DNA from: Kiritimatiellia bacterium
GTDB lineage: Bacteria; Verrucomicrobiota; Kiritimatiellia; RFP12; UBA1067
Reading direction: 5' to 3'
Assembly: GCA_045630425.1 (NCBI GenBank)
Contig: JAZQTB010000051.1
Span: 1 to 55,062 of the forward strand
DNA length: 55,062 nt
The notes beneath the pieces were generated by a model. It had not been told where the DNA came from and made no database searches. It saw only the letters and a list, made by a program, of their open reading frames with translations. Below, in pieces: positions 1 to 10,704 of this stretch. The position numbers and the translations under genes were made by a program. Position 1 is the stretch's first letter, and every line of letters begins with the position of its first letter.

Positions 1-342
1 CTTCACCACCAATTCCAGCGAGCCTATCGCGACGACGAGAATCGCACCGAGCATAAGCATCACGGTCGTCATCACGGCCCGCGCCAGTTTAGTAGCCTTC
101 TCCAGCGAGCCGTTCTCGACCTCGTCTTTGAATATCGGAACGAACGCCGCGGTCAACGCCCCTTCGCCGAAAAGCTTGCGGGCCATATTCGGTATGGCGA
201 AGGCGATCGTGAAAGCGCTCTGCGCCACTCCAGCCCCGATGAGGCGCGACTGCATCATTTCGCGAACAAGTCCGAGAACTCTGGACAGAGCCGTCAGAGC
301 GCCGACCGTGAAGGTGTTTTTCAGTATGCCGCGCGGTTTCAT
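1..342 (-). CDS. murJ: Lipid II flippase MurJ/MviN, N-terminal part (runs off the window start)
   Basis: Manual translation gives [30 protein letters not shown]...AFTIAFAIPNMARKLFGEGALTAAFVP, with the MviN SRxLGxxRE and PN..R.LFxEGA..AFVP motifs; ATGA overlap with the lpxK stop. Confidence 0.92.
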   Translation of the reverse strand, partial: MKPRGILKNTFTVGALTALSRVLGLVREMMQSRLIGAGVAQSAFTIAFAIPNMARKLFGEGALTAAFVPIFKDEVENGSLEKATKLARAVMTTVMLMLGAILVVAIGSLELVVK

Positions 343-1514
343 TTCACGTAGCTGATGCGGTTGATTATCTTATTGAAACTTTCCCCGCCCTCGAGCATCT
401 CGATGGCGATACGCAGATACAGACACTTAACGGGAACCGTTTCAAAGCGCGGGAAGCGCACGGCGTCCTTTTCGGTCGTGACAAGCGCGTCACACCCCAT
501 ATCGGCGGTCCTGTTGAGCGCGTAAAGGATCTCAGAGGGGTCGTAGCGGTGATGGTCGGCATACCTCTCGCACCAGACGACCTTCGCGCCGAGATGTCTC
601 AGGGAATTTTCGAAACCCTTCGGGGATGCGATACCCGAAAGCGTCGAGACCGTTTTCCCTTCGAGCCAGCCGAGAGGAAACTCCTCGCGGCTCCAGACGT
701 CTTTGAGCGTCTTGGGCGCGTGGGTGCATTTGACGATTTCCGCCCGGGTGTTGTATTTCCTTATCTCTTCGACGACCGCGGACGTGTCGCCGCGGCACTT
801 CGTCAGAAAGATTATGTCGGCGCGCCCCAGATGGCGCGCGGGCTCGCGGAGAATCCCGCGCGGAAGCATGTTGCCGTTGCCGAATGGATTCGTCGCGTCG
901 ACGAGAACGACCTCCACGGAATGCTTGAGCTTCTGATACTGGAAGCCGTCGTCGAGAATGATCGTATCGCAGCCGAGACGCTTTATGGCGTAGCGCCCCG
1001 CCTTCACGCGGTCGCGGTCAACGACTACGGCGACCCCGGGAAGATTGGAGGCGAGCATATACGGCTCGTCGCCGCCCACCGCCGAATCGAGAAGAACGCG
1101 CTTGCCGTCAGAGACGACGAGCGGCGGATCTATGACCTCCGTGAAGATCCGCTGCCACCACGGAGCCTCCTTGCGCCGGTAGCCGCGCGAAAGAATGGCG
1201 ACCTTGCGGCCGTTCGCCGCGAGAGTGCGCGCGAACATCTCCGTCACGGGCGTCTTACCCGTTCCGCCGGCGGTCACGTTCCCGATCGAAACCACCTGTA
1301 TGCCGAGCGGATACCGCCGGAGCAGCCCGATGCGGTAGAAGAGATATCTTACGGCGACGACGGCCGCGAAAATATAGCTCAGGGCCTTGAGAAAACCGAG
1401 CAGAAGCACCATTGAAAACGGCTGGTTCCTGTCCGCCCCCTTCTCGAGAATCACCTTCACGAGGTATTTCTCGAGCCGTTCGATGCCGCTCTGTCTGGCC
1501 TTGCGCATCCGCAT
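339..1514 (-). CDS. lpxK: Tetraacyldisaccharide 4'-kinase
   Basis: [37 protein letters not shown] and TTEKDAV motifs. Confidence 0.95.
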   Translation of the reverse strand: MRMRKARQSGIERLEKYLVKVILEKGADRNQPFSMVLLLGFLKALSYIFAAVVAVRYLFYRIGLLRRYPLGIQVVSIGNVTAGGTGKTPVTEMFARTLAANGRKVAILSRGYRRKEAPWWQRIFTEVIDPPLVVSDGKRVLLDSAVGGDEPYMLASNLPGVAVVVDRDRVKAGRYAIKRLGCDTIILDDGFQYQKLKHSVEVVLVDATNPFGNGNMLPRGILREPARHLGRADIIFLTKCRGDTSAVVEEIRKYNTRAEIVKCTHAPKTLKDVWSREEFPLGWLEGKTVSTLSGIASPKGFENSLRHLGAKVVWCERYADHHRYDPSEILYALNRTADMGCDALVTTEKDAVRFPRFETVPVKCLYLRIAIEMLEGGESFNKIINRISYVK

Positions 1515-3724
1515 CAGTCTCCGAACATCGATCCGGCGTTATCGCCGAAGGCTCTCAGATAAACGCCCACGCTGAAGCTCCAGTCGTGATCGTACTCGGA
1601 CCCGTCGATGCGCGTGTAGTCGTTTTCGTACGAAAGGCTGAACCTGAACGCGAGACAGTCCGTCCTGAGATCGACCCAGGCGCCGATCTCATCGAGTTCG
1701 TTCTTACGCATATCCCAGCGGACGAACGGACCCCACGCCACGGCGTCGCATATTTCATGTTCGAACTCGATTCCGGCGTAGGAATACTTCGCCCAGTTGA
1801 AATCCTCCCTGTTCATGATCTGCGGATCGAACGGAGTCGAGGAGAAATCCCAGTAGCGGTGATCGCGGGCCGCGTACGAAACGCTCGCCATGAACGACTT
1901 CGAGAAGCGTTTCGTGAATTCCATATCGGCGTAGGCGACGGTATCGTTCTGGGAATCCCACTCGGCGCGCGCCATAAACGCGCAGCCGTCCGTCGGGAAA
2001 AATCTCGTTCTGACTCCGGGATTTACCGTGATGTCGCCGTCGCGGCCGTAATTCGGCTTTTCCTGATCCGCGCTCAGACGGTGATAACGGTTCCCCGCCG
2101 TCCACGATGTGTCGTTGAACTGAACGGCCGCGTAGACGTCAAAATCGAAAACCGTCCTCACGGTTCCGTCTTCGCCGGTTTTTCTGAAAACGTTTCTCAC
2201 GCCGGGAGTGACGCCCGCCCAGGAGTATGGCAGATTGCGGCTTCTGCCGGCGAACTGATCGAGCCAGTCCGCGCTGCCGTCGATGGAGTCGAAGTAAAGC
2301 GCGCGGGCTCCGTTTTCAAGAGAACTGTAGCGCGCGTCCTGAACAAGGACATCGGCATACGGCTCGAGCACGTGCTGCCAATCTTCCCCTATCGGCGCGA
2401 CGCCTCTCGCGGCGAACGTCACCCCGCCCTCGACGATCGAGCGGAAAACATCGTCGTCGCGCCGCGCGTTGCGGCCGAATCCGCCGACGTTCTCGGTGCC
2501 GGAGTCCGACCAGAACGTTCCTCTGACGCCGGCCCGAGGCACGACCGAAACGACGTCGGCCACCTTGAATGGAAGGGTCAGCCTGTGGTACGTATCGGCG
2601 CGGAAGGCCTGGTAATCGGCCCAGACTCCGGGAAAGTAACGGTAGTTGACGGCGGTACCCGCATCGCCGTACTTGGCATAATCGCGGTTGAGCCATCCCG
2701 CCCGCGTCGAGGATTCGTAATTGACGGGCAGACGGAATAGCGGTTGGGGAGCGACGTCGAAGTACGCTTCGGGGAGTCTCGCGACGCTCGGGTTGAAGTC
2801 GCACAGAGAACCCGACGCGCTCACTCCGAATCCCACCGTATCCTCGATATGCTCCCAGGCCAGTTCCGTACGGGCGGAATCCGCATACGGATTCGCAAGC
2901 CGCATCATTCCGTCGCGCAGAAAATCATAGGCGAAGCTGGAATCGGTGAAATACGTCGCGCGCACCCGGAATATGTCGCGCTCGGTCATCTCCCACTTGT
3001 GTGAAAACTCCAGCGCATAACGCTCGTCGGGAATTTCGGAACCCCAGTTGGCATAATTGTATTTTTTCTGATTGTGCCAGTTTCTGTCGTATCTGTCGGC
3101 ATCCTCGTCCCAGAGATAATAGACCTTGAACTTGCCCTTGCCGTAATCTCCGAGTTTCCAGCGGACGCTCTGGCCCAGCGCGACTCCGTTCTTCGACCGA
3201 AGATCGAATCTTGTCGCTCCGCGCAGCCCCCATTCGGCGGATGCGAAATCGTCGGTTATGTCATAGACGTATTTGGTCAGAAGGTACGCCCCCCAGCGGC
3301 TCCTGTAGCCGGGCATCACGCGCCAGCCGTAGTCGGTATTGAGCGGCTGCCACCAGTACGGGCACCAGAAGACCGGCACGCCGAACATCTTTACAGTCAT
3401 GTCGCGCGCCGTTATCTCCCTTCCGTCGTCGTAATCGAGCGAACCCTTCGCGCACCAGTGCAGACAGCCGACATCGTTGGTGCAGGTCGTCACCATCGTG
3501 TCGTCCGCAAAACTGTATACGTTCCCGATTCTGGACACTCTGTCGGAGAACATCCTGAACGGCCTGGAGACCGCCACGACGCTTCCTGAAGCGACGAGAT
3601 TTCCTGTGGTCCTGTCGGCCGCCATCCTGTCTGCGGTCACCTTCAGAGGCTCGACGCCTTTTTCGGACGCGACGGAGACAAGCGGCGCTGCAGCCGCCAT
3701 AAATGCGAGAAAAATTCTTTTCAT
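1514..3724 (-). CDS. lptD: LPS-assembly outer-membrane protein, LptD/OstA-like
   Basis: Signal peptide, OstA-like N-terminus (ADRM, TTC..., GVPVFW.PY), long beta-barrel-like body with a late Cys (TDCLAF); next to lpxK. Confidence 0.75.
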   Translation of the reverse strand: MKRIFLAFMAAAAPLVSVASEKGVEPLKVTADRMAADRTTGNLVASGSVVAVSRPFRMFSDRVSRIGNVYSFADDTMVTTCTNDVGCLHWCAKGSLDYDDGREITARDMTVKMFGVPVFWCPYWWQPLNTDYGWRVMPGYRSRWGAYLLTKYVYDITDDFASAEWGLRGATRFDLRSKNGVALGQSVRWKLGDYGKGKFKVYYLWDEDADRYDRNWHNQKKYNYANWGSEIPDERYALEFSHKWEMTERDIFRVRATYFTDSSFAYDFLRDGMMRLANPYADSARTELAWEHIEDTVGFGVSASGSLCDFNPSVARLPEAYFDVAPQPLFRLPVNYESSTRAGWLNRDYAKYGDAGTAVNYRYFPGVWADYQAFRADTYHRLTLPFKVADVVSVVPRAGVRGTFWSDSGTENVGGFGRNARRDDDVFRSIVEGGVTFAARGVAPIGEDWQHVLEPYADVLVQDARYSSLENGARALYFDSIDGSADWLDQFAGRSRNLPYSWAGVTPGVRNVFRKTGEDGTVRTVFDFDVYAAVQFNDTSWTAGNRYHRLSADQEKPNYGRDGDITVNPGVRTRFFPTDGCAFMARAEWDSQNDTVAYADMEFTKRFSKSFMASVSYAARDHRYWDFSSTPFDPQIMNREDFNWAKYSYAGIEFEHEICDAVAWGPFVRWDMRKNELDEIGAWVDLRTDCLAFRFSLSYENDYTRIDGSEYDHDWSFSVGVYLRAFGDNAGSMFGD

Positions 3725-5316
3725 GATTGAGAGTATAGCACTTGTGAGGTAGCCGCGTCCAGTATAGAAAACGATTCGGGATGCCGGTGAAGCTCCGAAA
3801 CGAACGTCAAACGGGTGTCAAAATCCTTCTGAAGCTGCGAAAGGATTTCGGAATCGTCGGTTCTCAGACGCTGCATAACCTGCGGCGCGATGACGATTTT
3901 AGGCTCAAACGGCTTCTTGTCGGCGGCGGCTTTCTTAAGCAGGCTCGTAAGATGGCGCTGAACCTCGATCGAAATCGCCATCGGACTTTTCACTACGCCG
4001 TGACCCTGGCAGAACGGGCAGTTGGACGTGAGCATCGAAAGAATCGACTGGTCCTGGCGCTGACGCGACATCTCGAGAAGTCCGAGCTCGGAAATCTCGA
4101 GAACGTTCGTGCGCGCCCGGTCGCGCTTGAGCGCGTCCTTCAGCGCGCGGTACACCTGCTTCTGGTGTTTGCGCGATTTCATGTCGATAAGATCGAGAAT
4201 GACGAGTCCTCCTATGTTCCTCAGCCTCAGCTGGCGGGCGACCTCCTCGACCGCTTCGAGGTTGACCTCGAGAATCGACTCCTCCTGGGAACCCTTCCCT
4301 TTATAGTGCCCCGTGTTGACGTCGACGGCGATCAGGGCCTCGGTCTCGTCGATGACGAGATACCCGCCCGACTTGAGGGGAACCTTGCGCGCGAACGCAT
4401 CGGCGAGCTGGCGCTCTAAGCCGTAATGCTCGAAAATGTTGACGCTGCCGTCGTATCGGCGGATCTTGGATTTCGCCCTTCTCGAGATGCGCCCCGTAAC
4501 CTCGCGCATCTCCTCGTAGCTCTTGGCGTCGTCGATGACGATCGCGTCGATATCCTCGGTGAGCCAGTCTCTCACGACGCGCTCGCACAGGTCGGGCTCC
4601 TGGAAAATGCAGCAGGGAGTGCGGAGATTCTTCGTGTTGGCCTGCATCTCGTTCCATACGGAAAGAAGATTGCGCAGGTCGCGCGCGAAAGCGCGGGCGC
4701 TCGCGCCCTGCCCGACCGTTCTGACGACGAGACCGACGTTCTCGGGAAGAGGAAGTTTGTCGATGATCTTTTTAAGCCGCTGCCTCTCCTTCGCGTCGCC
4801 GATCTTCTTCGAAACTCCGCGCAGGGTCGCGCCGCGCGAATCCTTCGCCCCCGGCATCATCACGAGATAGCGGCCGGGGATCGAGAGGTTGGCGACGACG
4901 CGCGGGCCCTTCGTCGAGATGGGGCCCTTCGTCACCTGGACGATGATCTCGGATCCCGGCGGGAAGAGCTTCGCGATCTCCGCGTCCGAGAGACGGTTCG
5001 CCTTTTTGGAATTTCTGCCGCGTCCGTCGTCGTCGTCGTCGAGAATCGAATCCGCGTCGGGCGTCATGTCCCAATAGTGGAGAAACGCGTTCTTCTTCAG
5101 CCCGATGTCGACGAACGCCGCCTGGAGATCGTTCTCGAGATTCTGGACGCGCCCCTTGAAGATGCTGCCGACGAGGCGCTCCTCCTCGCGGTGCTCGACC
5201 ATGAACTCCTCGAGTCGGCCGTTCTCCATAACGGCCACCCGGGTTTCGAGTTTTTCGACGTTTACTATGATTTCGCGCTTGGTTTTCGAGCGCTTAAGCC
5301 ATCCGAACAGGTTCAT
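3721..5316 (-). CDS. rng: Rne/Rng family ribonuclease
   Basis: S1 domain (AAFVDIGLKKNAFLH), DVNTG, RQLRLRNIGGLVILDLIDM and CPFCQG Zn-link motifs; usual position after the mre/mrd genes. Confidence 0.92.
   Translation of the reverse strand: MNLFGWLKRSKTKREIIVNVEKLETRVAVMENGRLEEFMVEHREEERLVGSIFKGRVQNLENDLQAAFVDIGLKKNAFLHYWDMTPDADSILDDDDDGRGRNSKKANRLSDAEIAKLFPPGSEIIVQVTKGPISTKGPRVVANLSIPGRYLVMMPGAKDSRGATLRGVSKKIGDAKERQRLKKIIDKLPLPENVGLVVRTVGQGASARAFARDLRNLLSVWNEMQANTKNLRTPCCIFQEPDLCERVVRDWLTEDIDAIVIDDAKSYEEMREVTGRISRRAKSKIRRYDGSVNIFEHYGLERQLADAFARKVPLKSGGYLVIDETEALIAVDVNTGHYKGKGSQEESILEVNLEAVEEVARQLRLRNIGGLVILDLIDMKSRKHQKQVYRALKDALKRDRARTNVLEISELGLLEMSRQRQDQSILSMLTSNCPFCQGHGVVKSPMAISIEVQRHLTSLLKKAAADKKPFEPKIVIAPQVMQRLRTDDSEILSQLQKDFDTRLTFVSELHRHPESFSILDAATSQVLYSQS
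3732..3740 (-). promoter_or_regulatory. Extended -10 promoter (TGcTATACT) 7 nt upstream of the lptD ATG
   Basis: Minus strand reads TGCTATACTctcaatcATG. Confidence 0.5.
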
Positions 5317-6482
5317 TTTCTATCCTCTCTGTGTAGTGATATGCTTTGTACAATACCAAGGGCGCACATGACCGTAAGCAGGAAAGTGCGGCCCAACGAT
5401 AAAAACGGCAGCGGCAGTCCCGTTATGGGGACAAGTCCGATGCACATGCCCATGTTTATGTAAACATGCGCGAAAAGAAGAGTCGCGACGCCGAGCGCGA
5501 AAACGCGTCCCCGCCGGTCGGGCGCGGAAACGGCCGTCCAGGCCGTCGACAGGCACAGCGCGGCGAAAAGGAGAATCAGCGTCAGCGATCCTTTCACGTA
5601 CCCCATCTCTTCGGCCCAGACGCAGAAAATGAAGTCGTTCATGACCCCCATCGGCGGCAGGAGCTGACGCCTGATCGATTCACCTTTCCCGTACCCCTTC
5701 CCGGAAAAGCCACCCGCTCCGATAGTCATCTTCGACTGTCTGAGATTGTAGCCCGAATCCATCATGTCGGTTTCGGGGAAAAGGAAAGTTTTGACGCGCT
5801 CCGTCTGATGGGGTCTCAAAGGCACATACTTCAGGACCGCGGCCCTCCGCGCCGCGCTCGTTCCGGGCCTTTCGGCCTCGTAGACTGCGGCGAGAACAGC
5901 CGCCGCCGCGACGCAACCCGCCGCGAGAAGTATGACGAGCCCCTTGCGCCAGACCCCCGCGACGAGAAGTATGACGAGCGTCGCGGGAACAAGCGTAAGA
6001 GTCGTTCCCAGATCCGGTTCGAGCAGAATGAGAAGACACGGCACGCCGATCGCGGCCGATGCGATCAGAAAACCTTTGAAACCGTAATGCCCCCTGAACG
6101 CCGGCTCCGACGTCCCGAACAGATGCGCAAGGAAAGCCATGACGCACAATTTCGATATTTCGCTCGGCTGGAAGAACCAGAGCCACCTTCTGCCGCCGAA
6201 CTGTTCCGTGCCGACCAGCAGCACCAGCACGAGCAGAAAAACCGACATGCCGTAAGCCGGAACCGACAGATAGCTGAAAACGGCGCGGTAGTCGGTGAAT
6301 GCGAGAACGAAGTAAAGCGCAAGCCCGATGAATGCGGTTAAGAGCGTCGACTTCCATTTCGCGGCCATCACCGCGGAACCGCGCGCTTCGCCTGCCGAGG
6401 CCAGGGTCAGAACCCCGATCGCCATAAGCGCCGCCATGGACAGAAAGGAGATCCAGTTGAATCTGAAAAGAAACCTTTTCAC
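5313..6482 (-). CDS. rodA: SEDS peptidoglycan glycosyltransferase RodA
   Basis: Multi-TM protein with RRW, QPSEISK, EPDLGT, GYNLRQS, DFIF and TGLPLPFLSLG motifs; follows mrdA. Confidence 0.93.
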   Translation of the reverse strand: MKRFLFRFNWISFLSMAALMAIGVLTLASAGEARGSAVMAAKWKSTLLTAFIGLALYFVLAFTDYRAVFSYLSVPAYGMSVFLLVLVLLVGTEQFGGRRWLWFFQPSEISKLCVMAFLAHLFGTSEPAFRGHYGFKGFLIASAAIGVPCLLILLEPDLGTTLTLVPATLVILLVAGVWRKGLVILLAAGCVAAAAVLAAVYEAERPGTSAARRAAVLKYVPLRPHQTERVKTFLFPETDMMDSGYNLRQSKMTIGAGGFSGKGYGKGESIRRQLLPPMGVMNDFIFCVWAEEMGYVKGSLTLILLFAALCLSTAWTAVSAPDRRGRVFALGVATLLFAHVYINMGMCIGLVPITGLPLPFLSLGRTFLLTVMCALGIVQSISLHREDRK

Positions 6483-8263
6483 CGCTCGACCTCCCCGTAA
6501 TACGACCTCAATATCTCGCCGACCTTCGGGGCCGCAGTGGATCCGCCCGACTCGCCGTTCTCGACGATAAGCGCGAGAGCGAGCGGCTCTCTGGTCTTCG
6601 ATCCCTCTGACGGCTCGACGTAGGCGATGAACCAGGTGTTCTTACGCCTGTTGGCGCGCGAGCCGATCTCCGCGGTGCCCGTCTTGCCCATAACCGTCGC
6701 GTTCACGTTTTCGCCCGCCCTGCGTCCGGTACCCCCAGCGACGACCTTGAGCATCCCCTTGCGCACTTCGCGCAGATGGCGCTCCGGAATCCCGAGCCTG
6801 CGCATCGAAACGGGCACGTCCGCGTTGAGGCGCGGCACCGGCATTACGCCCGTGCCGAGCGCCGCCGCGACGAGCGACATCTGAAGAGGAGTGACGAGAA
6901 GAAGCCCCTGTCCGATCGAAGTCTGGGCGACGTCGCCGGAATTCCATCTGACGGCCGGATCGCGCTTCGCCTTTTCGGCCGCGTCGGGAACGAGACCTTC
7001 GCCTTCGATCGGGAAATCGATTCCCGTCTTTCCGCCGAGACCGAACTCCTCGCATACCGAAACGACGGCGTTCGTGCCCGCCTCGACGCCGACGGCGCAG
7101 AAATACGGGTTGCAGCTTTCCTTCAGCGCTTCGGAAAGATTGACCTCGCCGTGCCCCCAGGTGCGCGCGCAGCGGATCTTCATCCCGGCGTGCTGCGAGT
7201 AGCCGATGCATTCGTACGTCCAGGCCGGATCAAGCCCCGTCTTCAGCGCGGCGAGCGCCGTCAGCGGCTTGAAGGTCGAACCGGGCGCGTAGAGACCGGC
7301 GACCGCTCTGTTGAGAAGAGGTTTGGCGGGGTCGTTCCTGTAGCGTTCGTAGATCTTTCTGGGGAAAACCGGAACGCATTCGCGCGGATCGAAAGACGGC
7401 GAACTGACCATGGCGCGGACGGCGCCGTCGCGGGGATCGACGGCCACGAACGCTCCGCGCAGCCCCATAAGCGCGCGCTCCGCCGCATGCTGAAGAGATG
7501 CGTCCAGCGAAAGGCGGAGATCGAACCCGTCCCTCGGCGCGACGATCGTCTCGCGGGACGTCGCGAAACCGCGGGCGTCGACATGAAGCCGGTCTTCGCC
7601 CGGCATCCCGCGCAGATAGGCGTCGTACAGAAGTTCCAGTCCGTCCCTTCCGCAAAGTTCCTTGTCGACGAAATTTATCTTGGCGTCGCCCGTATTCTGG
7701 GGCAGGCGGTCGCGGCCGACGCGTCCGAGAACGTGCGCCGCCAGCGTCCCGTAGGGATAATGGCGCTCCGGTTCGACGACGCATTCAAAACCTTCGAGCT
7801 CGTCCTGGCGTTCGCAGAACCGCGCGACCTCCCGTTCGGAAAGATTCCGCCACACCGTGAGAGGCCTGGCGAGAGACTGCCTCAGATGGCGGCGGACGTC
7901 GTCGATGTCGATGTGCGATTCGCGCCCGATGATTCCGGCGGCCTTCGCGAGCGCGCCGGCGATTTTCTCGTCCGTTTTCTCTCCGCGCTTTCTGGCGCGG
8001 TACGTTTCGGGGCTTATCGTCACGTTCATCACGGGCCTGTTGCCCGCGAGAACGACGCCGCGTCTGTCGAGTATCCGCCCGCGCATGCCGATCGTCTGGA
8101 CGCGGCGGAACGACTGCGCCTGCATCTGGCGGCGGTATTCAGCCGCCCCGTCGACCTGCTCGGTTTTAAGACGGAAGGCGAGAACGAGAAAACCGACGGT
8201 GAAGACGAACGCCAGCAGGGCGAAAGCGACCAGAGCGCTCAGGGAAAACTCACTTTTCATCAA
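6479..8263 (-). CDS. mrdA: Penicillin-binding protein 2
   Basis: RGRILDR, GRDGLE, STFK (SxxK), SCN (SxN) and KTGTAE motifs. Confidence 0.93.
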   Translation of the reverse strand: MMKSEFSLSALVAFALLAFVFTVGFLVLAFRLKTEQVDGAAEYRRQMQAQSFRRVQTIGMRGRILDRRGVVLAGNRPVMNVTISPETYRARKRGEKTDEKIAGALAKAAGIIGRESHIDIDDVRRHLRQSLARPLTVWRNLSEREVARFCERQDELEGFECVVEPERHYPYGTLAAHVLGRVGRDRLPQNTGDAKINFVDKELCGRDGLELLYDAYLRGMPGEDRLHVDARGFATSRETIVAPRDGFDLRLSLDASLQHAAERALMGLRGAFVAVDPRDGAVRAMVSSPSFDPRECVPVFPRKIYERYRNDPAKPLLNRAVAGLYAPGSTFKPLTALAALKTGLDPAWTYECIGYSQHAGMKIRCARTWGHGEVNLSEALKESCNPYFCAVGVEAGTNAVVSVCEEFGLGGKTGIDFPIEGEGLVPDAAEKAKRDPAVRWNSGDVAQTSIGQGLLLVTPLQMSLVAAALGTGVMPVPRLNADVPVSMRRLGIPERHLREVRKGMLKVVAGGTGRRAGENVNATVMGKTGTAEIGSRANRRKNTWFIAYVEPSEGSKTREPLALALIVENGESGGSTAAPKVGEILRSYYGEVER

Positions 8264-8708
8264 GAGCCGCCTTTCCGTCGAGCCAGCGGAGAAAAAACCA
8301 GACGAGCGAAAACACCATCGCTCCGACTGGGAACGCCGCCAGCATCCTGAGCAGAATGTTGCCCTGCATCGCCGAACCGAGCCAGGCCCAGACCCAGAAC
8401 TGGTATACGGGATAAACGGCCGGAGCGGCGAAGGGAGAAAGCTTAAAGCCTCTGAAAAGCGCGCCGGCGACGACGAAAAAGCTGACGCTGGACGCCAACG
8501 GCAGAGAAGCGACGGAATCCTCAGCGGCGCCCGCGGCCAGAGCGAAGAGAATTCCTTCGAGAGGCTTGCGGTTTATGGCGCAGTAGAGCGACGATGAAAG
8601 CAGCACGGGCAGCCCCACCCCGAACATTCCCGGGGCGAGTTCCTCGGCGGCGCACGCGATAACGAGCGTCAGAAGCGCGTGGACGAGATGGACGATATCT
8701 TTTTTCAC
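8250..8708 (-). CDS. mreD: Rod shape-determining protein, MreD-like membrane protein
   Basis: 152 aa, hydrophobic, lies between mreC and mrdA; called mainly on synteny. Confidence 0.65.
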   Translation of the reverse strand: MKKDIVHLVHALLTLVIACAAEELAPGMFGVGLPVLLSSSLYCAINRKPLEGILFALAAGAAEDSVASLPLASSVSFFVVAGALFRGFKLSPFAAPAVYPVYQFWVWAWLGSAMQGNILLRMLAAFPVGAMVFSLVWFFLRWLDGKAALDEK

Positions 8709-9496
8709 CTGCGGATAAAGACGTCCTTCAGCGCCGTAAAATCGACAGCCGGCAGCACGCCTCCGCGTCCTTCGAGTCCGTTTACGTCATTCGAGACGTC
8801 TCCCTCGACAGTGCAGAAAGCGCCGACCGGTATCCCCGGGGGAAAGACCCCTCCGAAACCCGATGTAAAAACCTTGGCCCGCGGAAGCACCTCCACGCCG
8901 GGCTTTAGAAATCGTATCGAGAGCAGCTCGTCGGAGCCGCCCGTCAGGATCCCCGTCAACGGTTTGGCCGCCTCAACGCGGCAGGAAACCTTCACGGACG
9001 GATCGGTTATAAGCATCACCTCGCTCGTGTGGGGCGTTACGGACACGACCTTGCCGACAAGCCCTTCGGGAGTTTCGACCGCCGCGCCCTCGCGGACACC
9101 CGCAACGGAACCTTTACCGACGCGGATCGATCTATACGCGTCGGCAGCGCCTCCGCCGAACGAAAGAACCTCGGCGGCGATGCGCTCGACGTCGGTGCGC
9201 CCGGCATAACCGAGAGCCCGCCTCAAACGGTCGTTTTCGGCGGCAAGTTCCTCGTACTCGCCGTTTTCGAACGCAAGAGCCGCGATCGTCCTTTTAAGAC
9301 GCCCGTTTTCAGCCGCCGCGCGCGCGCCGTCGAAAGCGCCGGAGATACGGGTCGTGACGTTCCTTGAAAACCAGAGGGAAACACGCTGAAACGGATAGAC
9401 GGATTCGATGGCGGCGGATTTCGAAAAAAGGAAAACAAGAACTCCGAGCGCCGCGACTGCGGCGATCGCCCAGGTTCTTGATGCCTTTACGTTCAT
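8705..9496 (-). CDS. mreC: Rod shape-determining protein MreC
   Basis: TM helix plus coiled coil (ENDRLRRAL), GLVGKV and TSGFGGVFPPGIPVG motifs. Confidence 0.92.
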   Translation of the reverse strand: MNVKASRTWAIAAVAALGVLVFLFSKSAAIESVYPFQRVSLWFSRNVTTRISGAFDGARAAAENGRLKRTIAALAFENGEYEELAAENDRLRRALGYAGRTDVERIAAEVLSFGGGAADAYRSIRVGKGSVAGVREGAAVETPEGLVGKVVSVTPHTSEVMLITDPSVKVSCRVEAAKPLTGILTGGSDELLSIRFLKPGVEVLPRAKVFTSGFGGVFPPGIPVGAFCTVEGDVSNDVNGLEGRGGVLPAVDFTALKDVFIRR

Positions 9497-9532
9497 TTTG
9501 GCGCCCCCTTAAAACGGGAACCGCCGAAAACC

Positions 9533-10576
9533 TTACATTTCGCGCTTGTTGCCCGCGAGGAAATCAAGCTCGTTCATTACGACGCCCGTGCCTTCGGCCA
9601 CGGCCGAAAGCGGATCTTCGGCGAGAGTGACGGGAAGACCCGTCTGCGCCGCGAGCAGTTTATCAAGCCCGCGGAGCTGCGCGCTCCCGCCCGAAAGCAC
9701 CAACCCGCGATCGACAAGGTCGGCCGCGAGTTCCGGCTCGCACTTGTCGAGAGTCGTTCTCACCGCATCGACAATCTGCGTAACCGGGTCTTTCAAAGCG
9801 TCTCTGATTTCCTCGGAAGTAATAGTCAAGGTTTTCGGCAATCCCGCCACTACGTCTCTGCCCTTGATCTCCAGCGTCTTCTCTTCACCCACCGGATAGG
9901 CACTTCCTATTTCGATTTTGATCCATTCGGCCATGCGCTCGCCTATGAGAAGATTATAGACGCGCTGGACATATTTCATGATGCACTCGTCCATAGCGTC
10001 GCCGCCCGCCGCGCGGGCGGAATAACTATGAACGATCCCCGCGAGAGATATGATCGCGACTTCGCACGTTCCGCCGCCGATGTCGACGATCATGGAACCC
10101 GCGGGTTCAGAAACCGGCAGCCCGACACCGATCGCGGCGGCCATAGGTTCCTCGATGAGGAATACCCTGCCGGCTCCCGCGTTCTGTGCGGCGTCTTCGA
10201 CGGCGCGCTTCTCGACCTCGGTGATGCCGCTGGGAACAGCGATAACCATGCGGGGTCTGGCGCACTTCATATTCGAGTAAAACCGCTTAGGGCAGACTTT
10301 TCTGATGAAATACGAAATCATCGCCTCGGTAATGTCAAAGTCGGCGATAACGCCGGACTTCATCGGTCTTATGGCGACGATATTGCCAGGCGTGCGGCCC
10401 AACATGCGCTTAGCCTCCTCGCCGACGGCAAGGACGCGCTTCGAGCCGGCCTGGATAGCGACCACGGACGGCTCGCGCAAAACGATACCGCGGTCCTTCG
10501 CGTAGACGAGGGAGTTCGCGGTTCCTAAGTCGATACCGATATCCGTTGAAAAAAGAGACTTGATTTTACCGAACAT
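9533..10576 (-). CDS. mreB: Rod shape-determining actin homologue MreB
   Basis: IGIDLGTANS, EPSVVA, EEPMAAAIG and VDIGGGT motifs. Confidence 0.97.
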   Translation of the reverse strand: MFGKIKSLFSTDIGIDLGTANSLVYAKDRGIVLREPSVVAIQAGSKRVLAVGEEAKRMLGRTPGNIVAIRPMKSGVIADFDITEAMISYFIRKVCPKRFYSNMKCARPRMVIAVPSGITEVEKRAVEDAAQNAGAGRVFLIEEPMAAAIGVGLPVSEPAGSMIVDIGGGTCEVAIISLAGIVHSYSARAAGGDAMDECIMKYVQRVYNLLIGERMAEWIKIEIGSAYPVGEEKTLEIKGRDVVAGLPKTLTITSEEIRDALKDPVTQIVDAVRTTLDKCEPELAADLVDRGLVLSGGSAQLRGLDKLLAAQTGLPVTLAEDPLSAVAEGTGVVMNELDFLAGNKREM

Positions 10577-10610
10577 TACCGTTCTCTTTCATTTTTCCAT
10601 TTTTGGGTAT

Positions 10611-10639
10611 ATTTTACCTAAAATATTAAAATCCGTCAA
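10611..10639 (-). promoter_or_regulatory. Sigma70-type promoter of the mreB operon
   Basis: TTGACG-17 nt-TAAAAT on the minus strand in an AT-rich intergenic gap. Confidence 0.7.
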
Positions 10640-10673
10640 TTGCGACTCGCGTTGTTCATTTGTAATTCGTGCT

Positions 10674-10699
10674 AAAAACCTGGGCTATTCCAGGAAAAA
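10674..10699 (-). terminator. Possible intrinsic terminator after priA
   Basis: CCTGG-aatagc-CCAGG followed by TTTTT on the minus strand; the stem is short. Confidence 0.4.
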
Positions 10700-10704
10700 C
10701 AGGT

